Positions 20,054 through 33,194 are shown, counted from the stretch's first letter. The stretch: DNA of 64,000 bases from Gammaproteobacteria bacterium (GCA_965238225.1 OZ250183.1:224001-288000), one strand, 5' to 3'. Numbers and translations are program-made. The notes: a model not told the origin generated them from the sequence alone.

Positions 20054-20821
20054 ATGTATGGAATTAAATGTCGATCACAACTCTTAAAGAATCATATGCA
20101 CAAAAACTACGCTGTCAACCTAAAAGACTATATTGAGGTTAACAGCGCACCCACAGACCTCTTCTCAGGCAGCCGCTGTTTTTTATGTTTTGGCCACTGT
20201 AACCGAGAGACGGTTTGTGGCGCTTGCTTGGGTGATCTGGCGTTTAACACCAAAGCCTGTCCAGCTTGCGCCAAACCTGACACCTCAGCAAAACTGTGTG
20301 CCGACTGCCTAAGCCAACGAGGCGTTTATATAAATAATACTTGGGCGTTGTTTCGGTATCACTACCCTGTTAACCATTTGATTCAGCATATGAAGTTTAA
20401 ACAAGGCATTGATATAGCGAAGCACTTAGGGGGGTTGTTAGGCAAATTGTTGTCTGGCAAAAATACTGTGCTGCCCGATTGCATTATGCCTGTCCCGCTG
20501 CATTCTGGCAGACTAATTGCTAGGGGCTACAACCAATCCGTAGAGCTTGCTCGACCCTTATCTAAACAAATCGGGGTCAACTTGGACACATATTCCTGCA
20601 AACGCGTCCGCGCAACCGCACCCCAAACTGACCTGCCTGCCAAAAAACGCAAAGGTAATGTCCGTAATGCCTTTTCTATAACAAAGACAATAAATTACAA
20701 CCATGTTTTGCTTGTTGACGACGTTATCACAACTGGTAGCACTGTAAACGAGCTCGCGCGCATACTTAGTCTTACAGGGGTTGATCGGATAGATGTCTTG
20801 GCTGTTTCTAGGGCTGGCTAG
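20054..20821 (+). CDS. comF: ComF family protein (double zinc ribbon + PRTase)
   Basis: Four CxxC pairs, RGYNQS, LLVDDVITTGST; divergent from bioB. True start may be ATG 20096. Confidence 0.93.
   Translation: MYGIKCRSQLLKNHMHKNYAVNLKDYIEVNSAPTDLFSGSRCFLCFGHCNRETVCGACLGDLAFNTKACPACAKPDTSAKLCADCLSQRGVYINNTWALFRYHYPVNHLIQHMKFKQGIDIAKHLGGLLGKLLSGKNTVLPDCIMPVPLHSGRLIARGYNQSVELARPLSKQIGVNLDTYSCKRVRATAPQTDLPAKKRKGNVRNAFSITKTINYNHVLLVDDVITTGSTVNELARILSLTGVDRIDVLAVSRAG
20110..20147. promoter_or_regulatory. BirA operator (bioO) for bioBFHCD
   Basis: TGTCAACC-N16-GGTTAACA within an 11/12 inverted repeat (CGCTGTCAACCT / AGGTTAACAGCG), about 105 nt upstream of bioB. Confidence 0.85.
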
Positions 20822-20842
20822 CCCCAAACAAGGTTACAAGGA

Positions 20843-23343
<2,501 letters not shown>

Positions 23344-23420
23344 CGCTTATTCTGCGTATTTTTCCCGTTTTTGGGGTTTTATGGGGTTACAGGCTCGTTA
23401 GGAATCTTTTTTGTTTTGGT

Positions 23421-24521
23421 TTATAACCTCATTGGCATAACAACGTATTTACAGTCTGTATCATCATCAGGTAGGATTAGACAGCTGCTGTTTGGGTCTG
23501 AGATATTTAAAATAACGTTTTCTGTTTTTATGGCTGAAAGCGCATCTAACAGGTAGGTAACGTTAAAGCCTATTTCAATATTACCTCCTTTATAATCAAT
23601 TTCTATCTCCTCTTCGGCTTTCTCTTGTTCTGAATTATGCGCGAAGGTGTTTAATCGATCTTTTTTTAACACAAGCCTGATGCCCTTATATTTCTCATTC
23701 GAAAGAATTGATGTTCTTATTAAACTTTGTTTTAAGGTGTCTTTATGGGTTTTAATGGGGTGTGTCCCTTCTTTTGGCATTACCCGTTGATAGTCTGGAA
23801 ACTTCCCGTTGATAAGTTTGCTGATAAATTTACAGTTATCTTTGTTGATTCTGATGTGGTCTTTGCTGACCTCGATGTTAATATTTTCATCTTTATCATC
23901 CAAAAGTCTGATGAGTTCAGACACTCCTTTTCTGGGGATAATAATTTGTTGAGTGTCTTCGTTTTCTGTTTGTGTTTTTATTTCTTTAAGCGCGAGTCTG
24001 TGGCCATCCGTTGCAACAGCACGTAAATTGTTTTTGTTTAGCTCAAGCAAGAGTCCGTTTAAATAATAACGCGCGTCTTGTTGCGCTATGGAAAATGCTG
24101 TGTCTTCCAATAAGGTTTTGAGTTCTTTTTGGGTTAGTAAGATTTTACTGCTGTTTTTTGGGGTTTCTATATTAGGGTATTCGTTTGCTGGTAATGTCGC
24201 TAAGGTAAATTCACTTTTTCCCGATTTAACTATTATCTGGTTTTTATTAAGGCTCAGGTTTATTTTGGAGTCGTCAGGGAGTGCTTTGCAGACATCCAAC
24301 AGCTTTCTTGCAGGAACAGTTGTTTCTCCAGGGGTATCTGGGCGATGACTTATCGTTGCCACTATTTCAATTTCCATATCAGTCCCAGTAAAAGTGATTT
24401 TATCTTTCCCGGCAACTATGAGTAAATTACTTAGTATTGGTAATGTTTGTCTCCTATCAACGGCGCCGTAAACTATTCGTAATGAAGGTAAAATTTCATT
24501 TCTGTTTATATTGAATTTCAT
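23421..24521 (-). CDS. dnaN: DNA polymerase III beta clamp
   Basis: RQTLPILSN, ATDGHRL, GKFPDYQRV, YVVMPMRL. Confidence 0.99.
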   Translation of the reverse strand: MKFNINRNEILPSLRIVYGAVDRRQTLPILSNLLIVAGKDKITFTGTDMEIEIVATISHRPDTPGETTVPARKLLDVCKALPDDSKINLSLNKNQIIVKSGKSEFTLATLPANEYPNIETPKNSSKILLTQKELKTLLEDTAFSIAQQDARYYLNGLLLELNKNNLRAVATDGHRLALKEIKTQTENEDTQQIIIPRKGVSELIRLLDDKDENINIEVSKDHIRINKDNCKFISKLINGKFPDYQRVMPKEGTHPIKTHKDTLKQSLIRTSILSNEKYKGIRLVLKKDRLNTFAHNSEQEKAEEEIEIDYKGGNIEIGFNVTYLLDALSAIKTENVILNISDPNSSCLILPDDDTDCKYVVMPMRL

Positions 24522-24701
24522 TAATATTTAAAACCTATTATTATTAGCTTAATGGTTTATTGTGGATAACTATAATTTTATGTTTAAAAACAATATGTTA
24601 CATGTTTATTTTTTGTGCAAAGCCTTTATAAGAACCCTTTTTAATCTTGTGTGGTTTTTGTGAGTAACTATTGGTTTTTTTTAAACCACAATTTATTCAC
24701 A
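24522..24701. other. Predicted replication origin oriC (dnaA-dnaN spacer)
   Basis: TGTGGATAA at 24561-24569, TTATTCACA at 24693-24701, weaker boxes near 24614 and 24659, an IHF-like AAACAATATGTTA at 24588-24600 and an AT-rich tract at 24522-24560. Confidence 0.75.
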
Positions 24702-26033
24702 TCATATTGTAAGGATTCTTCTTAAACTATTATAATCTTCATTTGTTTTTACTTCTGTTGCCTTTAATTCAGAGATTTTTCGACAAGCGTGCAAAACGGT
24801 CGTATGATCTCTTCCTCCAAAGGCATTGCCTATCTCAGGTAGACTGTGGTTGGTTAGGTCTTTGGACAGCGTCATTGCCATTTGTCTTGGTCTTACAATT
24901 GACCTAGTTCTTCGTTTTGACAAGAGGTCTGTAATCCTGATTTTATAATATTCGGCTGTTGTTTTTTGAATGTTTTCAATAGTAACTAATTTATCTTGCA
25001 GCAAAAGCAAGTCCCGCAAAACCTCTTTAGTAGTATCTGTGTTAATGGGGTTTCCTGTGAGGCTGGAGCTTGCGATGATCCTGTTAAGCGCCCCCTCTAA
25101 TTCCCTGATATTAGAATGGAAATGCTTCGCGATGAAAAACAATACCTCATCAGGTATAGCCTTATTTACAGAGGCCGCCTTGCTTTTTATAATAGCGACC
25201 CTTGTTTCTAAGTCGGGAGGCTCTATTGCAACAGGAAGCCCACAACCAAAGCGAGACTTTAAGCGCTCTTCTAAGCCAGAGACTTCTTTTGGGTAGCGGT
25301 CACAGGTGAGAATAATCTGGTGTTGCCCCTCTAACAAGGCGTTAAAAGTATGAAAAAACTCCTCTTGAGAGTGTTCTTTTTTTGCAAAGAACTGAATATC
25401 ATCAATTAACAAAGCATCAACCGATCGATAGTAGCGCTTAAATCTATCAATAGCGTTATGTTGTAGCGCTCTCACCATATCAGCAACAAAGCGTTCAGAA
25501 TGCAAATAAACAACGTTATATTTATTTTTTTTCTGCATGATGGCGTGACCAACAGCCTGCATTAAGTGGGTTTTCCCGAGCCCCACTCCGCCGTAAATAA
25601 AAAGAGGGTTATAGGCTTCTCCCGGCCTTTCAGCAACTTGGGTCGCTGCCGCCTTAGCGAGCTGGTTTGATTTTCCTTCAATAAAAGAGCTGAAGGTAAA
25701 CTCGGGGTTAAGGTTGGCAGAAACCTGGTTTTTTTTGGCGTCCGCTAAAGGTTCTTTGGTTTGTTGTTGTTTGGGGTCTGTGGGTTTGTCTTGGCACCCC
25801 ACTTTAAAAGAGAGCGAGTACTTGCTGTAGCTGTCTTTTTTAGATAAGATGGCACTAATCTTTTCAGAATATTGATCTTGCACCCAGTCTTTTACAAACC
25901 TGTTAGGGGCGAGAAGCGTTATAGTTAAGCCCTGCTCTTCTGCCTGTAAAGGGCGTACCCAAGTGTTAAATTGTTGTGGTGACAGTTCCCCCTCTAGGCA
26001 CTCAAGACAGTAGTTCCACGGCGCACTTTGCAA
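24702..26033 (-). CDS. dnaA: Chromosomal replication initiator DnaA
   Basis: [34 protein letters not shown]. Confidence 0.99.
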   Translation of the reverse strand: MQSAPWNYCLECLEGELSPQQFNTWVRPLQAEEQGLTITLLAPNRFVKDWVQDQYSEKISAILSKKDSYSKYSLSFKVGCQDKPTDPKQQQTKEPLADAKKNQVSANLNPEFTFSSFIEGKSNQLAKAAATQVAERPGEAYNPLFIYGGVGLGKTHLMQAVGHAIMQKKNKYNVVYLHSERFVADMVRALQHNAIDRFKRYYRSVDALLIDDIQFFAKKEHSQEEFFHTFNALLEGQHQIILTCDRYPKEVSGLEERLKSRFGCGLPVAIEPPDLETRVAIIKSKAASVNKAIPDEVLFFIAKHFHSNIRELEGALNRIIASSSLTGNPINTDTTKEVLRDLLLLQDKLVTIENIQKTTAEYYKIRITDLLSKRRTRSIVRPRQMAMTLSKDLTNHSLPEIGNAFGGRDHTTVLHACRKISELKATEVKTNEDYNSLRRILTI

Positions 26034-26153
26034 TTTTAACAGATCTCCTTAATGTAACGGTTTTTCTCGTTACGAACTTTTCGTAACAGCGGTTTAGCGC
26101 GCCTTGTCGGGCAGACACCTAATATTGAAACAGTCTAGCCCCAATCCTAAAAC

Positions 26154-26162
26154 TTATCCACA
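26154..26162 (+). promoter_or_regulatory. DnaA box in the dnaA promoter region
   Basis: Perfect TTATCCACA between dnaA and rpmH. Confidence 0.8.
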
Positions 26163-26225
26163 GCCACAATCAAAACAGTTAAATAAAAAACAACGCTTAT
26201 TACAAAACCAAATCGAAAAGTCCAA

Positions 26226-26255
26226 TTGACAAAGAAGGCACGAAAAACGTACCAT
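26226..26255 (+). promoter_or_regulatory. Sigma70 promoter for rpmH-rnpA-yidD-yidC
   Basis: TTGACA-N18-TACCAT, 57 nt before rpmH. Confidence 0.7.
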
Positions 26256-26312
26256 ACCGCGCCCTACTGTTAGCTTACATAACGACAACAAACCAGCAGA
26301 AATACAATACTG

Positions 26313-26447
26313 ATGAAGAGAACATTTCAGCCCAGCAAACTAAAAAGAAAACGACGGCACGGTTTCCGCGCAAGAATGAGCACCAAGGCGGGGCGCAACG
26401 TTATCAAAGCGCGTCGAGAAAAGGGTCGAAAGAAGCTTTCAGCCTAA
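26313..26447 (+). CDS. rpmH: 50S ribosomal protein L34
   Basis: Manual translation [44 protein letters not shown]; below the track cut-off. Confidence 0.98.
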   Translation: MKRTFQPSKLKRKRRHGFRARMSTKAGRNVIKARREKGRKKLSA

Positions 26448-26470
26448 AGCCTTAAGGTTGGGCTAATATT

Positions 26471-26833
26471 ATGTCCACAAAAACCGGCAATTTTGCAAAA
26501 CTAAACAGGATTAATGCTCCAAAAGACTATCAGCAGGTTTTTAAGTCTCCCTGTCGTTCGGCAGGGAAAGAGTTTCTTGTGCTCGCACGCGAAAACAACT
26601 TGAAACAGGCTAGACTCGGGCTTGTGGTTGCAAAGAAAAACGTCAACAGAGCTGTTTGTAGAAACCAGATAAAGAGAGCAATACGTGAAAGTTTTCGCCA
26701 GCACAAAAATATTTTGAAGGGCTTGGATGTGGTGGTGGTTTTTCGCAAAAAACAAACAACCATTAACAACAAAACTATCACCGAGTCAATAAACGCTCAC
26801 TGGAAAACCATTTTACAATGCGGAAAATATTAA
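26471..26833 (+). CDS. rnpA: Ribonuclease P protein component
   Basis: ARLGLVVAKK, AVCRNQIKRAIRESFR; synteny. Confidence 0.96.
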   Translation: MSTKTGNFAKLNRINAPKDYQQVFKSPCRSAGKEFLVLARENNLKQARLGLVVAKKNVNRAVCRNQIKRAIRESFRQHKNILKGLDVVVVFRKKQTTINNKTITESINAHWKTILQCGKY

Positions 26834-27048
26834 TTTTTGGCATCAAGGCTTATCAATATATATTGAGCCCCTGTTTTAATCCAAGCTGCCGTTATATCCC
26901 CAACTGTTCGCAATATACCTTGGAAGCAATTGCCAAATATGGCGTCTTAAAAGGTGCAACCCTAGGCCTTCGGCGCATCTGTCGGTGTCACCCTTTTCAT
27001 AAAGGTGGCTATGATCCGGTTTCTGGTGAACAACATAAACATGGATAA
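26818..27048 (+). CDS. yidD: Membrane protein insertion efficiency factor
   Basis: SCRYIPNCSQY, RICRCHPFHKGGYDPV. Confidence 0.95.
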   Translation: MRKILIFGIKAYQYILSPCFNPSCRYIPNCSQYTLEAIAKYGVLKGATLGLRRICRCHPFHKGGYDPVSGEQHKHG

Positions 27049-28720
27049 TTTTCGCTTTATTCTGGTCGCTTCTTTGATCCTAGTGCTGTTTTTGCTTTGG
27101 CAAGCATGGGAACAAGACTATAGCTCGATCACAACGTCGGAGCCTGCGACTGGTTTAGAAAATACAAAGCAACAAGCAACAAACATCCCCGCAGTTCCTG
27201 CGCTTTTTAAAACACAAATGGAGTCGCCTTTAAATATAAAAACAGATTCTGTTGTTGACACAACAGACGAAGAAAATATAGAGGTTAAAACGGACGTATA
27301 CAATATAAGTATAGGCAAAAAAGGCGGCAGTATTAATAAGCTCGCGCTGCTTAAGTTTCCTGTTGAGCTGGAAACACCAGACACACCGACACTTCTACTT
27401 AATAACAATGCATTATTTTTTAACAACGAAGAGCTGCCTTCGTTTTACATTGTTCAAGGAGGGCTTTTAAGTGAGACCGATACACCAACACACGAGGCAA
27501 TGTTTGTTGCCGCAGCCAAGCGCTATGTTCTAAGTGACACAGATGATAGGCTTGTTGTGCCGCTCGTTTGGGAGTCTGAAAACGGCCTGAAGGTTATCAA
27601 GACCTATGAGTTTAGCCGTGGCAGTTATTTAGTAAACGTCAAGTATAAAATCGAAAATCGAAGCACCAACCCTTGGGTGGGTCACGCATACATTCAATTA
27701 CAAAGAAGCGATCCTGGAAGAGAATCTAATATTCTTTACACTTACACAGGTGCGGTAATCTCGAGCCCAAAACAGCGTTATAAAAAGCTTGATTTTGACG
27801 ACATGAAAGATGAAAAGCTTAACGTAGACATTAAAAACGGATGGGCCGCAATGTTGCAACATTATTTTGTCAGCGCGCTTATCCCTGCGAGTCGCGAGGA
27901 ACAAAACCATTACTATACGCTCACACCAGACAACAACCGTTATGTCATTGGTGCAATCACTCCCATTGTTACAGTTCAAGCGAACACGACAGGCGTTATA
28001 GAACAAAAACTTTATATGGGGGCAAAGACTCAGAGTGTGCTCAGGGAAATTGCGCCAGGCTTAGAGCTAGCGGTTGATTACGGTGTTTTGTGGTTTTTGG
28101 CAAAACCGTTATTTTGGTGTCTGGAGAAATTTTATGGGATAACAGGCAATTGGGGTTGGGCAATTGTTCTCATTACCTTAATGTTGAAACTAATATTTTT
28201 CAAGCTGTCTGCAGCGGGTTATAAGTCGATGGCCAATATGCGTCGCGTGCAACCAAGGTTGGTGGCGCTCAAAGAGCGTTACAAAGATGATCGCACCCGC
28301 CTCAATCAAGCGATGATGGACATCTATAAAAAAGAAAAAATAAATCCATTGGGTGGTTGCTTTCCAATCCTCATACAGATACCTGTTTTCATTGCGCTGT
28401 ATTGGACATTGCTTGAAAGTGTTGAGCTAAGACAGGTTGGGTTTATGTTTTGGTTGACAGATTTATCTGCACCAGATCGATTTTATGTGTTGCCTTTGTT
28501 AATGGGCGCAACAATGCTGATACAGCAAAAACTAAATCCTGCGCCTATAGACCCTATACAACAAAAAGTCATGTCAATATTGCCCATTGTCTTCACTGTG
28601 TTCTTTGCCTTTTTCCCGTCAGGTCTGGTGTTGTATTGGGTGGTGAATAACACACTGTCTATTGCCCAACAATGGGCAATCATCAGAAGCATCGAACGTA
28701 CAACAACGCAGCAGAACTAA
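27041..28720 (+). CDS. yidC: Membrane protein insertase YidC
   Basis: VDYG.LWF, GNWGWAI, NPLGGCFP, GLVLYW. ATG 27041 preferred over the track start at 27005. Confidence 0.98.
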   Translation: MDNFRFILVASLILVLFLLWQAWEQDYSSITTSEPATGLENTKQQATNIPAVPALFKTQMESPLNIKTDSVVDTTDEENIEVKTDVYNISIGKKGGSINKLALLKFPVELETPDTPTLLLNNNALFFNNEELPSFYIVQGGLLSETDTPTHEAMFVAAAKRYVLSDTDDRLVVPLVWESENGLKVIKTYEFSRGSYLVNVKYKIENRSTNPWVGHAYIQLQRSDPGRESNILYTYTGAVISSPKQRYKKLDFDDMKDEKLNVDIKNGWAAMLQHYFVSALIPASREEQNHYYTLTPDNNRYVIGAITPIVTVQANTTGVIEQKLYMGAKTQSVLREIAPGLELAVDYGVLWFLAKPLFWCLEKFYGITGNWGWAIVLITLMLKLIFFKLSAAGYKSMANMRRVQPRLVALKERYKDDRTRLNQAMMDIYKKEKINPLGGCFPILIQIPVFIALYWTLLESVELRQVGFMFWLTDLSAPDRFYVLPLLMGATMLIQQKLNPAPIDPIQQKVMSILPIVFTVFFAFFPSGLVLYWVVNNTLSIAQQWAIIRSIERTTTQQN

Positions 28721-28736
28721 GAACCGCAAGTTAAAA

Positions 28737-30113
28737 ATGGTTGTGATTAAAGACACCATCACAGCAATCGTAACGCCGCCTGGACGAGGTGGTATCGGAA
28801 TTGTGCGTTTGTCTGGTGCTGGTGCCGTAAAAATCGCAAAACAACTTTTAGGGCAAAAATTGCATACTCACTGCTCAGATCTAGGGATTAGGGAGGCAAA
28901 AATTTGTTCTTTTCTAGGTAAAGACGGAGAGCTTATCGATAGTGGCATTCTTATTTATTTCCCACAACCTGCTTCCTATACAGGAGAGCACGTTGTTGAG
29001 CTTCAAGGACATGGTGGCAGGGTGGTAATGTCCATGTTGCTTGATCGTGTTATTGCGCTTGGCGCCAGACAGGCGCGACCTGGAGAGTTTACCGAGCGCG
29101 CGTTTATTAATAATAAGATTGACCTAGTGCAGGCGGAAGCCGTGGCCAGTTTAATTGACAGTGCTTCGTCTCAAGCAGCCAGAAGCGCGCTGCGATCCTT
29201 GGAAGGAGTGTTTTCACACAACATAAACAGGCTGTTGCAAAGACTGGTTGATTTGCGTGTGTTTGTAGAGGGCGCGCTGGATTTTCCGGAAGAAGAAATT
29301 GATTTTATTCGAGATTCCAAAATAAAAGAAAAGCTAGTCGCTTGTGTCGAAGATCTCGATAAGATTTTTAAAGACGCAAAGCAAGGAGCAATGCTAGGCG
29401 AAGGTCTGCGACTGGCAATTGTCGGGCGCCCGAACGTCGGCAAATCAAGTTTGTTAAATCTCCTTGTAAGCAGAGAAGCCGCAATTGTCAGCGAAATTCC
29501 AGGAACAACGAGAGATATTGTTGAAGAAACTATTCTTATAGAGGGCGCCCCCCTTAGTATATTAGATACGGCGGGGATTAGAGAAAGTAAAAATGATGTT
29601 GAAGAGGAAGGAATCAGGCGAGCATTAAATGCAGCAAATCATGCTGATATTATTTTGTTGCTGGTAGAGCGCGGCAAAGATATTGGCACAGAAGAACAAA
29701 GAATTTTAAATGCGTGTTCTGACAATGTAAAAAAAATAATAGTAAGAAATAAAATAGATCTAGCTGCCAATAAAAAAGAGTTGCTTGATAAAAATAAGGG
29801 TGCAACAGAAGTGTTTCTATCAGCTAAAACGGGAGAGGGGGCTGACCATCTAATCCAACGCCTGAAAACGATCATGGGGCTGAGCAATGTAGCCGAAGAT
29901 GTGTGTATGGCTAGAAAACGCCACCTCAATGCGCTTTCTGAAGCGAGAAAATTTTTAATCAATGGGCTACAACACTTGGAAAATAAAACTGCCCCAGAGT
30001 TGTTGGCTGAAGATATGCGCCTAGCCCAAGAATCTTTAAGTGTAATCACCGGAGGTTTTGTTGCAGATGATCTTTTAGATGAAATTTTCTCACAATTTTG
30101 TATCGGAAAATAA
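28737..30113 (+). CDS. mnmE: tRNA modification GTPase MnmE
   Basis: TPPGRGGIG, GRPNVGKSS, GTTRD, DTAG, NKID, FCIGK. ATG 28737 preferred. Confidence 0.98.
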   Translation: MVVIKDTITAIVTPPGRGGIGIVRLSGAGAVKIAKQLLGQKLHTHCSDLGIREAKICSFLGKDGELIDSGILIYFPQPASYTGEHVVELQGHGGRVVMSMLLDRVIALGARQARPGEFTERAFINNKIDLVQAEAVASLIDSASSQAARSALRSLEGVFSHNINRLLQRLVDLRVFVEGALDFPEEEIDFIRDSKIKEKLVACVEDLDKIFKDAKQGAMLGEGLRLAIVGRPNVGKSSLLNLLVSREAAIVSEIPGTTRDIVEETILIEGAPLSILDTAGIRESKNDVEEEGIRRALNAANHADIILLLVERGKDIGTEEQRILNACSDNVKKIIVRNKIDLAANKKELLDKNKGATEVFLSAKTGEGADHLIQRLKTIMGLSNVAEDVCMARKRHLNALSEARKFLINGLQHLENKTAPELLAEDMRLAQESLSVITGGFVADDLLDEIFSQFCIGK

Positions 30114-30153
30114 AAAACAAGATCATAAAAATAATCGAAAAAAAGTGAAAGAT

Positions 30154-31050
30154 ATGATTAATAAAATATTATTTGTAACTTTAAGTAATATTGGTGATGC
30201 AATAATGACAACGCCTGTTCTTCAGGCTTTGCACGAGCTGTATCCAGAGGCAGTCATTGATATTGTTGGTGATCAGCGTTCTAGTGAGATCTTTAAGTAT
30301 TGCCCTTATCGGGGCAGGATATTACATAAACAGAAAAATAGTTTAAGGTGCGTACTTGCGCTGGTTGTAGACTTATGGGTGCAGTCTTATGACCTGATTA
30401 TAGATCTTCGCACCGATGGCCTTGCCTATTTGTTGCCCGCAGGAAAAAGGTATACGAAACTAAATAAAATAAAAAATAGCGCACATGAAGCGCAGCGGCA
30501 TATGAGTATCATCTCCAAGATTTATCATAAGAGTTCACCACAATGTCATGTCTGGATTAGCGACGCAGAAAGAAAATTTGCTAAAGAGGCGCTTAGGGGT
30601 TATTACGGTAAAAAATTGTTAGGGGTAGGAGTGGGGGCGGCAAGTTCAGATAAAATTTGGTCTAAAGAGAACTATCTGTCTTTGGTAGAAAAAACCAGCA
30701 ATGATTTCGACGCCATTGTTTTTCTGGGCAATAGCCAAGACAAAAAATATTCAGACTATATATCTTCGAAAACGAAAGGTCAGTGTGTTAATTTGTGTGG
30801 CATGACCAGCCTTCTTGAGGCTGCTGCTGTCTTGCAATGCCTGACTTTGTTTGTTGGGAATGACTCTGGTCTTGGACATATAGCAGGCGCTGTTGATATT
30901 TTGACGATAACTTTGTTTGGGAAAGAGAGTAGTCCTCTTCGTTATCGACCTTGGGGTAGAAAATCTGTGTGGTTACAAGGACGAGATAGTAAAATGGAGA
31001 GTATCAAGCCCGCAGATGTTTTGTGTAAATTGAAAAATCTGACTATATAA
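30154..31050 (+). CDS. Glycosyltransferase family 9 (heptosyltransferase-like)
   Basis: LSNIGDAIMTTP, VGNDSGLGHIAGA, ITLFG. ATG 30154 preferred. Confidence 0.9.
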   Translation: MINKILFVTLSNIGDAIMTTPVLQALHELYPEAVIDIVGDQRSSEIFKYCPYRGRILHKQKNSLRCVLALVVDLWVQSYDLIIDLRTDGLAYLLPAGKRYTKLNKIKNSAHEAQRHMSIISKIYHKSSPQCHVWISDAERKFAKEALRGYYGKKLLGVGVGAASSDKIWSKENYLSLVEKTSNDFDAIVFLGNSQDKKYSDYISSKTKGQCVNLCGMTSLLEAAAVLQCLTLFVGNDSGLGHIAGAVDILTITLFGKESSPLRYRPWGRKSVWLQGRDSKMESIKPADVLCKLKNLTI

Positions 31051-31128
31051 AAAATATAATTAATTTTGTTTAAAATGGTTCGACGAAATACGGGGTAGAA
31101 TCTACTTAGAGCCAGATCTTATTTAAAG

Positions 31129-32229
31129 ATGACGACATATATTGATAAAATAAAAATATGTTTTGTAAGGACTGTGCAGATATACAGATCAACAATCATT
31201 TCTTTTCTTGTGCTGCTGTTTTTTAAAAAGAAAAATAAACCACTAAACATACTAATTCACAGACCAGGTGCTTTTGGTGATTCTATCGTTGCGCTACCAG
31301 CCTTAAGTATGATTCGACATACTTATCCAGAATCTACAATAGATCTGGCATCAACCAGCATTTCAGGAATCACTATCGCCGATATTTTAAAAAAGGATAG
31401 TTTAGTTGATCAGATTTATCTTGTTAAAAATGAAGATAGATCCAAGGTTTTTAGAGAATTAAAAAATAAAAGATATGATTTGTATATTGAGCTACCTCAA
31501 AACTACAACCTGTATAAATCAATTAGAAATATTTTTATTGTTAGATTTTATCTTGATATTCATTCAGCTTTTGGGTGGGATTATGGGCGCATTAAAAGCT
31601 TCATGGCCGCGCAAAAGAAATATCTAGAAGTGCCAAATGAAACTCATCGATTTATAAAAACATTAAATAAACATGGAATTGCCGGGTCGCTAGACTTTCC
31701 TGTATTGAAAAAGCCCGTTTACGGTAAAGATGTTAATGTATTATTAAAAAATAAAGATGCAATAGCATTTTTAGTTGGCGGCAAGCTTCAGCCAAAAAAA
31801 TGGCCGTTAGATTACTGGATCAGGCTCGCAGACCTGATAGGTAACAGCATAAAAATATTGGTGTTGGGAGGAGAAAATGATAAGGAAGATGCTGCATATA
31901 TTTGCGCATATGCGGAGAACATAGAAAATTTATGCGGGAAGTTCAGCATAGCAGAATTAGCGTATGTGTTGTCGAATATCAAAATTGCTGTTGCGCTTGA
32001 TACCGGGGCAATGCATTTATGTTATGCAGTAGGCACTCCAGTAGTTGCCCTTTTTTCAACGCGAGATCTGTCCGACAAGTGGCACCCGCCCAAGCGCGGA
32101 AATAAGGTAATTGAAAAAACGATAGAATGTAGCTTCTGCCTTAAAACCACATGTTCAAATAATATTTGTATGACTTCCATCCTACCAGAGGAGGTGTACG
32201 ATTCATTGTCTCAGTTAAACAACCCTTAA
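31129..32229 (+). CDS. Glycosyltransferase family 9
   Basis: GAFGDSIVALP, KKWP, DTGAMHL, C-terminal CxxC..C...CM; AT-rich. Confidence 0.9.
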   Translation: MTTYIDKIKICFVRTVQIYRSTIISFLVLLFFKKKNKPLNILIHRPGAFGDSIVALPALSMIRHTYPESTIDLASTSISGITIADILKKDSLVDQIYLVKNEDRSKVFRELKNKRYDLYIELPQNYNLYKSIRNIFIVRFYLDIHSAFGWDYGRIKSFMAAQKKYLEVPNETHRFIKTLNKHGIAGSLDFPVLKKPVYGKDVNVLLKNKDAIAFLVGGKLQPKKWPLDYWIRLADLIGNSIKILVLGGENDKEDAAYICAYAENIENLCGKFSIAELAYVLSNIKIAVALDTGAMHLCYAVGTPVVALFSTRDLSDKWHPPKRGNKVIEKTIECSFCLKTTCSNNICMTSILPEEVYDSLSQLNNP

Positions 32230-32252
32230 AGAAACATTTTAACCAATCATTT

Positions 32253-33194
32253 CTAATCCACATGACCGTCATGGCGCAGCCTTTGCAGGACATCATCGAC
32301 TTGAATGTTGGATATGCTTGGAGCGGTGCTGTCCATACTAATAACACACCTCTCCTGCGCAAGCGCATGAGCCCTGCGCCAATTTATTGAGCCAAAGAGA
32401 CCATAGACCGGAATCATAGAGCAAGAAAGGATATGCATCGGCGCAGAATCATTGGTAACAGCGAAGCATGCCTGTTTGCCCAATTCGGCGAGTTGTAAAA
32501 TTTCAAATGCATTGCTTGCATCAAAGCCTATTTGTGTTGAGAGTTTACGGTTAGTTTCAATATCATCTTTACCTCCTATCCATAGGATTTTATAGGACTG
32601 TCTCTCAAGAGCTTTAGCAAGCTCGCCAAAATGAGGCCAGCGTTTTTCAGGATGTCTTGCGCTTGAGCCTGCATGTAAAAGAACCAGTTTCTTACCAAAA
32701 AAATTGTTCTTGTTAAGCCAGGATTTTACAAAAGATGCAGCGTGCTTATCTTTGGGAAGCCATGGGCGTTGCGGCGCAGGGGGAATATTAGCACTAGCTA
32801 GAATCTGATTGTACCTTTCAAAAGCATGACATTGCCCCACGTGTGGCTCAGCAGGGTGGATATGATAAGGGAAGCGGGGATGATTGCCGACTCTCCTAGG
32901 AATGCCTGAGAATGCAGAGAGAATACTTGTACGATCATTGGATTGTATATCATATAGAACGTCGAATTTATGCTGGCGTATCCAATGAAGAGAACGAGGG
33001 ATAGAAAAAATCCCCTGTCTCGAGAGAGCGAAAACGTCCAAGCCGCCCCAGTTTTTGAATAAATTAAAAAAAAACGGCGTTGTAAGCAGCCACAACTTGT
33101 CGTGACAATGATGATGCTGTATTTGTTTGATTATAGGAGTCGCCATAATAATATCTCCCAATGCTCCAAGTTTTATAATAAGTATCTTGGACAT
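32253..33194 (-). CDS. Glycosyltransferase family 9
   Basis: IIKLGALGDI, KRWP, TNDSAPMHI. Confidence 0.9.
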   Translation of the reverse strand: MSKILIIKLGALGDIIMATPIIKQIQHHHCHDKLWLLTTPFFFNLFKNWGGLDVFALSRQGIFSIPRSLHWIRQHKFDVLYDIQSNDRTSILSAFSGIPRRVGNHPRFPYHIHPAEPHVGQCHAFERYNQILASANIPPAPQRPWLPKDKHAASFVKSWLNKNNFFGKKLVLLHAGSSARHPEKRWPHFGELAKALERQSYKILWIGGKDDIETNRKLSTQIGFDASNAFEILQLAELGKQACFAVTNDSAPMHILSCSMIPVYGLFGSINWRRAHALAQERCVISMDSTAPSISNIQVDDVLQRLRHDGHVD

